Shown: positions 32,040-42,433 of the stretch, in pieces
How positions within the stretch are numbered: the first letter of the stretch is position 1
How the letters are laid out: each line of letters starts with the position of its first letter
From: an uncultured Acidobacteriota bacterium
GTDB lineage: Bacteria > Acidobacteriota > Vicinamibacteria > Fen-336
Length of the DNA stretch: 64,000 nucleotides
Assembly: GCA_963720545.1 (NCBI GenBank)
Contig: OY970399.1
Span: 2,688,001-2,752,000, forward strand
Direction: 5' to 3'
The notes under the pieces: generated by a model
Database searches by the model: none
What the model was told of the DNA's origin: nothing
What the model saw: only the letters and a program-made list of their open reading frames with translations
Position numbers and translations under genes: made by a program

Positions 32040-33593
32040 GTGAACCCCAACACGACCGTGCCCGCGGCGTCGGCGACGCGCTGGGCCAAGGTCATCGATC
32101 ACACCCGCTGCATCGGCTGCCACGCGTGCAGCACCGCCTGCAAGTCGGAAAACCTGGTGCCGCTCGGCGTCAACCGCACCTACGTGAAGTCCGTGGACGT
32201 CGGCGTCTTCCCGAGCACCAGGCGCGCCTTCCAGGTGACGCGCTGCAACCAGTGCGAGCACCCGCCGTGCGTGTTCGCCTGCCCGACCTCGGCCATGTTC
32301 CAGCGCCACGACGGCATCGTCGACTTCGACAAGTCGATCTGCATCGGCTGCAAGGCGTGCATCGCCGCGTGCCCGTACGACGCGATCTTCATCAACCCAC
32401 AGGACAACTCGGCCGAGAAGTGCAACTTCTGCGCACAGCGGCTCGACGTCGGCCTCGAACCGGCGTGCGTCGTCGTCTGCCCGACCCAGGCGATCGTCGT
32501 CGGCGACCTTGCCGATCCCGAGTCGCGCGTCGCGCAGTACGTCGGCCGCGACGTCGTGGCGGTGCGCCGGCCCGAGAAGAACACGGCGCCCAAGCTCTTC
32601 TACAAGGGCGCGCACGCGGCGACGCTCGACCCGCTCGCCGCGCGCCGCCCCGACGGCGGCCTGTTCATGTGGAGCGAGCAGGGAAGCGGGCCGCAGAACG
32701 TCACCTCCGGCTGGCCCGGCGGCGCCAACAGCGCGGCGGCGGCGCTCCTGTCCTACGACGTCCCGCACCGCGCGCCCTGGGACTATCGCGTCAGCCTCTA
32801 CACCTGGACGAAAGGCATCGCGGCCGGCGCTTACCTGGTGCCGCTGCTGCTGATCCTCGCCGGCGCGCTCGAACCGCAGAGCGTGCTGTGGGTGTGGGCC
32901 GCGCCGATCCTCGGCGGGACCTTCCTCGGCCTCACCGGCGCGCTCCTTCTCTGGGACCTGAAGCACCCTGAGCGCTTCTACCTGATCTTCACCCGCCCGC
33001 AGTGGCGCAGCTGGCTCACCAAGGGCGCCTTCATCATCACCGGCTACGGCATCGTGCTCGGCGTGCACTTTGCCGCGAGCCTCACGGCTCATCCCGAGCT
33101 GCGCGAGGCGCTGCGCTTTCCCGGGCTGGTGCTGGCGGCGCTGACCGCCGCGTACACAGCGTTCCTGTTCGCGCAGTCGAAGGCCCGCGACCTGTGGCAG
33201 AGCCCGCTGCTCTTTCCGCAGCTGCTGGTGCAGGCGACGCTGGCCGGCGCCTGCGCGCTGTCGCTCGTGCAGATTTTCCTCCCGGCGGACACGGGCGCGG
33301 CGGCGCCGGTGCAGGCCACGCTGCTGCGCGTCGCCGGCATCGCCGGCGGCATTCACCTGCTGCTGGTGCTCGGCGAGGTGCTCGTCGGCCACCCCACGGC
33401 GCACGCGCGGCTCGCGGCGCTCGAGATGACCAGGGGCCGCTACCGCACGTACTTCCGCGCCGGTGTCGCGTTGATGCTCGTCGGTGTGTTGACGCCGTGG
33501 CTCGGCCCCGTGGCCGCAGCGGCGGCGCTCCTCGGGCTGCTGGCCTACGAGCACGCCTACGTGCAGGCCGCGCAGGCGGTGCCGCTTGCCTGA
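32040..33593 (+). CDS. 4Fe-4S dicluster protein fused to NrfD/PsrC membrane anchor
   Basis: CIGCHACSTAC, CNQCEHPPCVFAC, CIGCKACIAAC, CNFC...CVVVC, then a TM region with DLKHPERF. Confidence 0.9.
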   Translation: MNPNTTVPAASATRWAKVIDHTRCIGCHACSTACKSENLVPLGVNRTYVKSVDVGVFPSTRRAFQVTRCNQCEHPPCVFACPTSAMFQRHDGIVDFDKSICIGCKACIAACPYDAIFINPQDNSAEKCNFCAQRLDVGLEPACVVVCPTQAIVVGDLADPESRVAQYVGRDVVAVRRPEKNTAPKLFYKGAHAATLDPLAARRPDGGLFMWSEQGSGPQNVTSGWPGGANSAAAALLSYDVPHRAPWDYRVSLYTWTKGIAAGAYLVPLLLILAGALEPQSVLWVWAAPILGGTFLGLTGALLLWDLKHPERFYLIFTRPQWRSWLTKGAFIITGYGIVLGVHFAASLTAHPELREALRFPGLVLAALTAAYTAFLFAQSKARDLWQSPLLFPQLLVQATLAGACALSLVQIFLPADTGAAAPVQATLLRVAGIAGGIHLLLVLGEVLVGHPTAHARLAALEMTRGRYRTYFRAGVALMLVGVLTPWLGPVAAAAALLGLLAYEHAYVQAAQAVPLA

Positions 33594-36405
33594 ACGCTCG
33601 CCGCTTCGGCCGTACCCGCCGACCGACCGCTGGGACGACTGGGTCGAGCTCGACTCGCAGGCGTGGCCGCGCCGCGTCGAGAAGCGCTACGCGCTCATCC
33701 CCACGACCTGCTTCAACTGCGAATCGGCGTGCGGGCTGCTTGCCTATGTGGACAAGGACACGGGCGAGATCCGCAAGCTCGAAGGCAACCCGGAACACCC
33801 CGGCTCGCGCGGACGCAATTGCGCGAAGGGCCCGGCCACCCTCAACCAGATCCAGGATCCCGACCGCATCCTGTACCCGCTGAAGCGGGTCGGCGAGCGC
33901 GGCGGCAACGGCTGGGAACGGGTTTCCTGGGACCAGGCGCTCGACGACATCGCGGCGCGCATCCGCAAGGCGATCGTCGCGGGCCGGCCGAACGACGTCA
34001 TGTACCACGTGGGCCGTCCGGGTGAAGACGGCTACACCGAGCGCGTGCTGGCGGCGTGGGGCGTCGACGGCCACAATTCGCACACCAACATCTGCTCGTC
34101 CTCGGGCCGCGCCGGCTACCAGTTCTGGATGGGCCTCGACCGGCCGAGCCCCGACCACGCGAACGCCGACGTCATCCTGCTGATCAGCGCGCACCTCGAG
34201 TCGGGCCACTACTTCAACCCGCACGCGCAGCGCGTGATGGAAGCCAAGGCGCGCGGCGCGAAGCTCATCGTCTTCGACGTGCGCCTCAGCAACACCGCGA
34301 CCCACGCCGATCATTGGCTCGCGCCCTATCCGGGCAGCGAGGCGGCGATGCTGCTTGCGATCGTGCGCCACCTGGTCGAGACCGGCGCGCACAACCGCGA
34401 GTTCGTGCGCCGCTGGTGGAACTGGAAGGAGTACCTGCGCAGCGAGCGGCCGGGCACCGCGGTCACCTTCGAGAATTTCGAGGCGGCGCTGCGCGAGACC
34501 TACGCGAGCTACACGTTCGAATACGCCGCGCAGGAGTCGGGCGTCGACGCGGCAGCCATCGAGGAAGTGGCGCGCGTGGTGGCCCGGGCCGGCACGCGCT
34601 TCTCGTCGCACAACTGGCGCAGCGCCGCCGCCGGCAACCTCGGCGGCTGGCAGGTGTCGCGGTGCCTGTTCCTCATCAATGCGCTGCTCGGCGCGGTCGC
34701 GACCGAAGGCGGCACTTTCCCGAACGCGTGGAACAAGTTCGTGCCGCGGCCGATCCACACGCCGCCGCATCCGCCGAAGTGGAACGAGCTGACCTGGCCG
34801 ATCGAGTTTCCGCTGGCGATGAACGAGCTGTCGTTCCTGCTGCCGCACCTGCTCGCCGACGGCCGCGGCACGCTCGACGTCTACTTCAGCCGCGTCTACA
34901 ACCCGGTGTGGACCAACCCCGACGGCATGAGCTGGATCGAGGCTTTCAAGGATCCCGGCAAGATCGGGCTGCACGTGGCGCTGACGCCGACGTGGAGCGA
35001 GTCGGCGCAGTTCGCCGACTACGTGCTGCCGATGGGCATGGGGCCGGAGCGCCACGACCTGCATTCCTACGAGACGCACGATTCGCAGTGGCTCGGCTTC
35101 CGCCAGCCGGTGAAGAAGGCGGCGAAGGAGCGGCTGGGCGGGACCGTGAGCGACACCCGCGAGGTCAACCCCGGCGCCGTCTGGGAAGAGAACGAGTTCT
35201 GGATCGCGCTCTCGTGGCGCATCGATCCCGACGGTTCGCTCGGCATCCGCAGGCACTTCGAGTCGCAGGAAAAGCCCGGCGAGAAGCTCGGCGTGGACGA
35301 GTACTACCGCTTCATCTTCGAGAAGTCGGTGCCCGGCCTGCCCGAGCGCGCCGCCGCGGAAGGATTGAAGCCGCTCGAGTTCATGCGCCGCTACGGCGTC
35401 TTCGAAGTGGCGGCGGGCGTTGGCCCGGTCCACGAGCAGCCGGTGCCCGCGGCGGAACTCGAGGACACGTCGAAGGACGACCTCGACCGCGTCTTCACGC
35501 GCGCGCCGAAGCCGGCGCCGGTCAACATCGTGCCGATCCCGACGCCCGACGGCGATGCTGCCGGCCGGCGGCTCGTGGGCATCGACGACGACGGCGTGGT
35601 GCGGCGCGGCTTCCCGACGCCTTCGGGCCGCCTCGAGTTCTTCTCGAAGACGCTCAAGGACTGGGGCTGGCCCGAGTACGCGCTGCCGACCTACATCAAG
35701 AGCCACATCCACGCCGAGAACCTGAAGGCCGGCGAAATGCCCCTGATCGCCACCTTCCGCCTGCCGATCCAGATCCACACCCGCAGCGCCAACGCCAAGT
35801 GGCTCGACGAGATCGCGCACACCAACCCGCTGTGGATCCACACCCACGACGCGGAGCGCCTCGACCTGAAGACGGGCGACCTGGTGCGCGTCGAGACGCG
35901 CCTCGGCTACTTCGTGGTGAAGGCGTGGGTGAGCGAGGGCATCCGCCCCGGCGTCGTCGCCTGCAGCCATCACATGGGGCGCTGGAAGACGGGCGACGCC
36001 GGACAGCGGCAGATGATGCCGACCGTGGCGCTCGAGAACAGCGGCCGCCACTGGTCGCTGCGCCGCCGCGCCGACATCGCGCCGTTCGCCTCCGAAGACG
36101 CGGATACCGCACGCATCTGGTGGGCCGACGGCGGCGTGCACCAGAACCTGACCTTCGCGGTCCAGCCCGATCCCATCTCCGGGATGCACTGCTGGCACCA
36201 GGCGGTGCGCGTGCGCAAGGCCGAGCCCGGCGACCGTTACGCCGACGTCTTCGTCGACACCGAGAAGTCGCGCGGCGCCTACAAGGAGTGGATGGAGCGC
36301 ACCCGTCCCGCCCAGAAAGTCTCGCCCGACGGCCTGCGCCGGCCCTACTGGCTGCTGCGACCGCTCAAGCCCGCCCGCGACGTGTACAAGATCCCCGGGA
36401 AGTAG
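33586..36405 (+). CDS. Molybdopterin (DMSO reductase family) oxidoreductase catalytic subunit, no Tat signal
   Basis: TCFNCESACG...NCAKG, RILYPLKR, SWDQALD, ADYVLP, TPSGRLEF; C-terminal molydop-binding domain. Confidence 0.92.
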   Translation: MPERSPLRPYPPTDRWDDWVELDSQAWPRRVEKRYALIPTTCFNCESACGLLAYVDKDTGEIRKLEGNPEHPGSRGRNCAKGPATLNQIQDPDRILYPLKRVGERGGNGWERVSWDQALDDIAARIRKAIVAGRPNDVMYHVGRPGEDGYTERVLAAWGVDGHNSHTNICSSSGRAGYQFWMGLDRPSPDHANADVILLISAHLESGHYFNPHAQRVMEAKARGAKLIVFDVRLSNTATHADHWLAPYPGSEAAMLLAIVRHLVETGAHNREFVRRWWNWKEYLRSERPGTAVTFENFEAALRETYASYTFEYAAQESGVDAAAIEEVARVVARAGTRFSSHNWRSAAAGNLGGWQVSRCLFLINALLGAVATEGGTFPNAWNKFVPRPIHTPPHPPKWNELTWPIEFPLAMNELSFLLPHLLADGRGTLDVYFSRVYNPVWTNPDGMSWIEAFKDPGKIGLHVALTPTWSESAQFADYVLPMGMGPERHDLHSYETHDSQWLGFRQPVKKAAKERLGGTVSDTREVNPGAVWEENEFWIALSWRIDPDGSLGIRRHFESQEKPGEKLGVDEYYRFIFEKSVPGLPERAAAEGLKPLEFMRRYGVFEVAAGVGPVHEQPVPAAELEDTSKDDLDRVFTRAPKPAPVNIVPIPTPDGDAAGRRLVGIDDDGVVRRGFPTPSGRLEFFSKTLKDWGWPEYALPTYIKSHIHAENLKAGEMPLIATFRLPIQIHTRSANAKWLDEIAHTNPLWIHTHDAERLDLKTGDLVRVETRLGYFVVKAWVSEGIRPGVVACSHHMGRWKTGDAGQRQMMPTVALENSGRHWSLRRRADIAPFASEDADTARIWWADGGVHQNLTFAVQPDPISGMHCWHQAVRVRKAEPGDRYADVFVDTEKSRGAYKEWMERTRPAQKVSPDGLRRPYWLLRPLKPARDVYKIPGK

Positions 36406-36443
36406 GGGAAGCGAGAGGCGGCAGACGGGTACGGGAGGACGCT

Positions 36444-36857
36444 ATGTGGATTGTCTGGGCGTTGGTCTCGGCGTTGACGGCGGCGCTGGTCACGATCCTC
36501 GCCAAGGCCGCTCTCGCCGAGGTGCCGTCGAACCTGGCCACGGCGCTGCGCACCGTCGTGATCGTGCCGTTCGCCTTCGCGCTCGCGGCGCTCACCGGCG
36601 AAACCGCCCGCTTCGGCTCGCTGTCAAAGCGCACGCTGCTTCTGCTCGCCGCCTCCGGCCTCGCCACCGGCGTGTCCTGGCTCGCCTACTTCCGCGCCCT
36701 GCAGATGGCACCTGCCTCGAAGGTGGCGCCGATCGACAAGCTGAGCCTGGTGTTCACCGTGCTGCTCGCTGCGCTGTGGCTCGCCGAACCCCTCAGCCCG
36801 CGCATCCTGGTCGGCGCGCTGCTCATCCTGGGCGGTACCTGGCTGATCGTTGGTTAG
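36444..36857 (+). CDS. EamA/DMT-family small membrane transporter
   Basis: GGAGG RBS; SGLATGVSWLAYFRAL, SKVAPIDKLSLV. Confidence 0.88.
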   Translation: MWIVWALVSALTAALVTILAKAALAEVPSNLATALRTVVIVPFAFALAALTGETARFGSLSKRTLLLLAASGLATGVSWLAYFRALQMAPASKVAPIDKLSLVFTVLLAALWLAEPLSPRILVGALLILGGTWLIVG

Positions 36858-36862
36858 GTTGA

Positions 36863-36931
36863 GGCCTGAGTTTCAGTGTTTGGGTTTCAGGCCCTGAGTT
36901 TCAAACGCGCTGAGGTTCACGCCCTGACTCT
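36863..36931. repeat. Short degenerate repeats (ctgagtttca-like) between convergent genes
   Basis: ctgagtttca, gggtttca, ctgagtttca, ctgaggttca and ctgactct within about 70 bp. Confidence 0.45.
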
Positions 36932-37396
36932 TTACGACCGAACGGCCGCCAGCACCTCGTCGGCGTGCCCGCCGACCTTGACGTTGTCCCAGCGCTTCTC
37001 CACCTTGCCGTCCCCGTCGATGAGGTACGTGGTGCGCGCGATGCCCATGAACTTGCGGCCATAGAGCGACTTTTCCTGCCACACGCCGTACTTCTCGGCG
37101 ACCGCATGGTCGGCATCGGCGAGCAGCGGGAAGTTGAGGCCGTGCTTCTCCGCGAAGCGCGCCTTGCTCTTCTCGTCGAGGATACTGATCCCGAAAACCA
37201 CGGCCTTGCTCTTCTTGAAGTTGGGCTGGAGGTCGCGGAAGTCGCACGACTCCTGCGTGCACCCCGGCGTGTCGTCCTTCGGATAGAAGTAGAGGATCAC
37301 CTGCTTGCCCGCGTAGTCGGACAGCTTGTGCGCCTTGCCGTCCTGGTCTTTCAGGTTGAACGCGGGCGCCTTCTTGCCGGGCTCGATCAGTGCCAT
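36932..37396 (-). CDS. bcp: Thioredoxin-dependent peroxiredoxin (BCP/PrxQ)
   Basis: YFYPKDDTPGCTQESCDF. Confidence 0.93.
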   Translation of the reverse strand: MALIEPGKKAPAFNLKDQDGKAHKLSDYAGKQVILYFYPKDDTPGCTQESCDFRDLQPNFKKSKAVVFGISILDEKSKARFAEKHGLNFPLLADADHAVAEKYGVWQEKSLYGRKFMGIARTTYLIDGDGKVEKRWDNVKVGGHADEVLAAVRS

Positions 37397-37442
37397 GTCG
37401 GTCGATGACTCCTCATGCTGCTTTGTCCACCTGTCATGTTCG

Positions 37443-37784
37443 TTAGCGCAGAGGTAGTCGCCGGCCGGTCAGAAGCATCTCGATACGGGCGAGACTCGCG
37501 CTTTGTTCCTTGTCGGATTGCTGCAGTTCGCCAAAAGCGGCCTTCAGCTCGCTCACATCCCTCTGAACAGCGCTCACTGTTTCCTGCAGGGCGCGCACGT
37601 CGCCATGCATCCCATAGAGCTGCGCCGCGCCAACGAACAACGTCGGGAGGAGGACGGCCGTGGCAACGCTGATCATCGCCTGCAGCCATTTTGGCGTTGA
37701 TTCAATGAACTTCTCTTCACGCAGCACGGGCCGCTCCTCGAGCTGGCGAACCTTGCGGTCCAGTTCGTCGAGTCGTGCCGCCAT
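37443..37784 (-). CDS. Orphan small protein: coiled coil - single TM - coiled coil
   Basis: From ORF 37443..37829. ATG 37784 is preferred because a TAGACT -10-like box abuts GTG 37829. Codon usage is less GC-skewed than in neighbours. Confidence 0.5.
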   Translation of the reverse strand: MAARLDELDRKVRQLEERPVLREEKFIESTPKWLQAMISVATAVLLPTLFVGAAQLYGMHGDVRALQETVSAVQRDVSELKAAFGELQQSDKEQSASLARIEMLLTGRRLPLR

Positions 37785-37937
37785 TCGTTCCGAGTCGCTG
37801 CTCGAACTGTTCGAAGTCACGCTGCCCACAGTCTAGCCTCCAGCCGGCCGGGCGCCAGACGGCGCCCCCTCCAGTGACCGTATGGTCTCTCGTCACGCTG
37901 CCGCACAAGGTCCGCACGGCCAGAAAACTTCGAGAGA

Positions 37938-38059
37938 GCGGGCGACACCTCAAGTAGTTTCTGAAGCTACTGTGTCCGGACACAGTGAAGGTGGCGCCCG
38001 CAGCAGGCCTGCGCGCGCAACAGACGCAGCAGAAGTGATGGACTGCGTCCGGACGCAGT
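37938..38059. other. Two related perfect 18-bp palindromes; the first is nested in a 13-bp inverted repeat
   Basis: ACTGTGTCCGGACACAGT (37969-37986); ACTGCGTCCGGACGCAGT (38042-38059); GCGGGCGACACCT (37938-37950) / AGGTGGCGCCCGC (37989-38001). Confidence 0.7.
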
Positions 38060-38159
38060 AGGTTCTTACAACGGAGATCCCTCGGTCGCAGCGCAAGCGT
38101 TGAGCTCCTCGGGAAAACGGCGAGGTAGCGCAAGCGATGGAGGCGCTTCGGAAAAACGG

Positions 38160-39152
38160 CTAGAAGAGCTGCGTCACCTTGTAGAGGAGGGCGGCGACCA
38201 AGGCTGAGAACGGGATGGTGAGCACCCAGGCCCAGACGATGCGGCCGGCGACGCCCCACTTCACAGCGCTGAGGCGCCTGGTGGCACCGACGCCGATGAT
38301 CGCGCCGGTGATCGTATGCGTGGTGGAGACCGGCACGCCCGCAAGCGTCGCGCCGACCAGGGTGATGGCGCCCGCGGTCTCGGCGCAGAAGCCGCCGAAC
38401 GGCTGCAGCTTGGTGATCTTGCTGCCCATCGTCTTGACGATGCGCCAGCCGCCGAACATCGTGCCGAATGCGATCGCCGCGTGCGCTGAAAGGATCACCC
38501 AGATGGGGATGCCGGTGTCGACCGGCAGGTGGTTGGAGGCGATCAGCAGCCCGGTGATGATGCCCATGGTCTTCTGCGCGTCGTTGCCGCCGTGGCCGAG
38601 GCTGTAGAGCCCCGCGGAGATGAGCTGCAGCTTGCGGAACAGCGTGTCGAGCCGGTACGGCTGCCACTTGCGGAAGATCCAGGTGACCGTGACCATCAGC
38701 GTGAACGCGAGCGTCATGCCGATGAGCGGCGCCAGCACGATGAAGATCAGCGTCTTGGTCCAGCCGGAGACGATGAGCGCGGCAAAGCCGGCTTTCGCCA
38801 CCGCCGCGCCGGCATAACCGCCGATGAGGGCGTGCGACGACGACACCGGCAGGCCCCACCACCAGGTGAGCAGGTCCCAGACGATCGCGCCGAGCAGGCC
38901 GGCGAGGATCACCTCGGGGGTCACGATGCTGATGTCGATGAGGCCCTTGCCGACGGTCTTGGCGACGCCGGTGCCCAGCACGAAGGCGGCGACGAAGTTG
39001 AAGAACGCGGCCCACACCACCGCGCGCTGCGGCGACATGACGCGCGTCGACACCACCGTCGCGATCGAGTTGGCGGCATCGTGGAAGCCGTTGATGAAGT
39101 CGAAGGCGAGGGCGACCACGATGATGGAGACGACCAGCAGGTCGGCGGGCAT
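38160..39152 (-). CDS. pit: PiT-family inorganic phosphate transporter
   Basis: NGFHDAANSIAT, GLPVSSSHALIGG, HGGNDAQKTMG, PVSTTH. Confidence 0.95.
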   Translation of the reverse strand: MPADLLVVSIIVVALAFDFINGFHDAANSIATVVSTRVMSPQRAVVWAAFFNFVAAFVLGTGVAKTVGKGLIDISIVTPEVILAGLLGAIVWDLLTWWWGLPVSSSHALIGGYAGAAVAKAGFAALIVSGWTKTLIFIVLAPLIGMTLAFTLMVTVTWIFRKWQPYRLDTLFRKLQLISAGLYSLGHGGNDAQKTMGIITGLLIASNHLPVDTGIPIWVILSAHAAIAFGTMFGGWRIVKTMGSKITKLQPFGGFCAETAGAITLVGATLAGVPVSTTHTITGAIIGVGATRRLSAVKWGVAGRIVWAWVLTIPFSALVAALLYKVTQLF

Positions 39153-39170
39153 CGGCTGCGCGGTCCGTTC

Positions 39171-39821
39171 TCAGGCGTTCTTGATGACGACGTTGCTCAG
39201 GATGTGCGTGTAGTCCTTGCACGCGTCGCACGCTTCCTCGAGCCCCTCATAGATGGTCTTCCACTTGAGGATCTCGACGGGATTGCGCGACTCGGCCTTG
39301 AACAAGTCGGCGATCACGGTGTTGAAGAGCGTGTCGGCCTGGTTCTCGAGCTCGGAGATGCGCACCGTCGCGCCGCGGATCTCCTTCTCGTTGGCCAGGT
39401 TCCAGATGAGGCCCGTGGCCTTGTGGATCTGCTCGGCCATCGCCGTGATGATGGCCGCGAACTGCTTCAGCGCTTCGGGCGAGTCGGGCAGGTCGAACAG
39501 GATCAGGTTCTGCGCCACGCCCTCGACGTGGTCGACGATGTCGTCGAGGTACGAGGCGATCGAGCGGATGTCCTCGCGGTCGAAGGGGGTGATGAAGGTG
39601 GTGTTGAGCGCGTCGAACACCTCGCGCGCGATCTGGTCGCCGTCGTGCTCGATGGCGCGCAGTTCCACCATCTTGACGCGCCGGTCCTCGAGGTTCTGGA
39701 TGTGGGCGAAGTCATTGAACAGCCGCGCGGCGCGCAGCACGTTCTGCGTGTCGCGATCCAGGAGGACATGGAACTTCTCCTCCTTGGGCATGAACCACTT
39801 GATGATGCGGTCGACCTTCAT
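39171..39821 (-). CDS. DUF47 (PhoU-like) Pit accessory protein
   Basis: EHDGD, TFITPFDREDI, LENQAD; directly upstream of pit. Confidence 0.92.
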   Translation of the reverse strand: MKVDRIIKWFMPKEEKFHVLLDRDTQNVLRAARLFNDFAHIQNLEDRRVKMVELRAIEHDGDQIAREVFDALNTTFITPFDREDIRSIASYLDDIVDHVEGVAQNLILFDLPDSPEALKQFAAIITAMAEQIHKATGLIWNLANEKEIRGATVRISELENQADTLFNTVIADLFKAESRNPVEILKWKTIYEGLEEACDACKDYTHILSNVVIKNA

Positions 39822-39901
39822 GACATTCCCATTGACAAAAGCGCGACATTTTGTCGACGCGCGCGGATGCTAGCACGCGTTCTGCGGAGATTCCTCGCGC
39901 C

Positions 39902-41674
<1,773 letters not shown>

Positions 41675-41688
41675 CGGCTGCGACGCTT

Positions 41689-42378
41689 CTACCGTTCGTC
41701 CGCGGCGTCGATTCGATAACCGAGCGACTTCACCGTGACGATCCCTTGCGCCAGGCCTGGCAGCTTCTCGCGCAGCCGCCGCACGTGCACGTCCACCGTG
41801 CGGGTGCCCTCGGCATACGAGTAGCCCCAGACGCTCTCCAGCAGGTGCGCCCGCGACAACACCCGCCCGTGCGCGCGCAGCAGCGCCACCAGCAGGGCGA
41901 ATTCCTTGGCGGTGAGGTGCACCGCCTTGCCCTGCCAGCGCACCACGTGGCTCGCGGTGTCCACTTCGAGTTCGCCCAGGGTGAGGGTGGAACGGCTGGC
42001 GTCGCGCTGGCTGCGGCGCACCACCGCGCGCACCCGCGCCAGCAGCTCCTTGGGGGAGAACGGCTTGACCACGTAGTCGTCGGCGCCCATCTCGAGCCCG
42101 ACGATGCGGTCCGATTCGGCGGCGCGCGCCGTCGCCATGATCACCGGCGTGTCCTTGCTGCGGTCGTCGCGGCGGATCTCGGCGCACAGCGACAGCCCGT
42201 CGCCGCCGCGCAGCTGCAGGTCGAGGATCACGAGGTCGAAGACGGTGGCGCGCAGCCGCGAGCGCGCCTCGCCCGAGTCGCCGGTCGCGTCCACCGTCCA
42301 GCCGTCCTGGCGGAGGTAATGGACGATCAGCTCGGCGATGTCCGAGTCGTCTTCCACGACCAGCGCGCGCCTGCTCAT
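41689..42378 (-). CDS. phoB: PhoB/PhoP-like response regulator
   Basis: VVEDD, GADDYVVKPF, TRTVDVHVRRLREK; upstream of phoR. Confidence 0.8.
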   Translation of the reverse strand: MSRRALVVEDDSDIAELIVHYLRQDGWTVDATGDSGEARSRLRATVFDLVILDLQLRGGDGLSLCAEIRRDDRSKDTPVIMATARAAESDRIVGLEMGADDYVVKPFSPKELLARVRAVVRRSQRDASRSTLTLGELEVDTASHVVRWQGKAVHLTAKEFALLVALLRAHGRVLSRAHLLESVWGYSYAEGTRTVDVHVRRLREKLPGLAQGIVTVKSLGYRIDAADER

Positions 42379-42433
42379 CCCTGCGCGCATCTTATCCGGC
42401 CCGTGCCGGAGGGAGCGCCTATACTCGCTGCGG

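Noticed and set aside
33586..36405. Calling the molybdoenzyme formate dehydrogenase or polysulfide reductase
   Set aside because: No diagnostic FDH active-site motif or Tat leader was recognised; the substrate cannot be assigned without phylogeny.
36860..38163. Possible CRISPR array or tRNA in the repeat-rich intergenic segments
   Set aside because: No regularly spaced identical repeats with spacers, no cas genes, and no tRNA T-loop/acceptor pattern.
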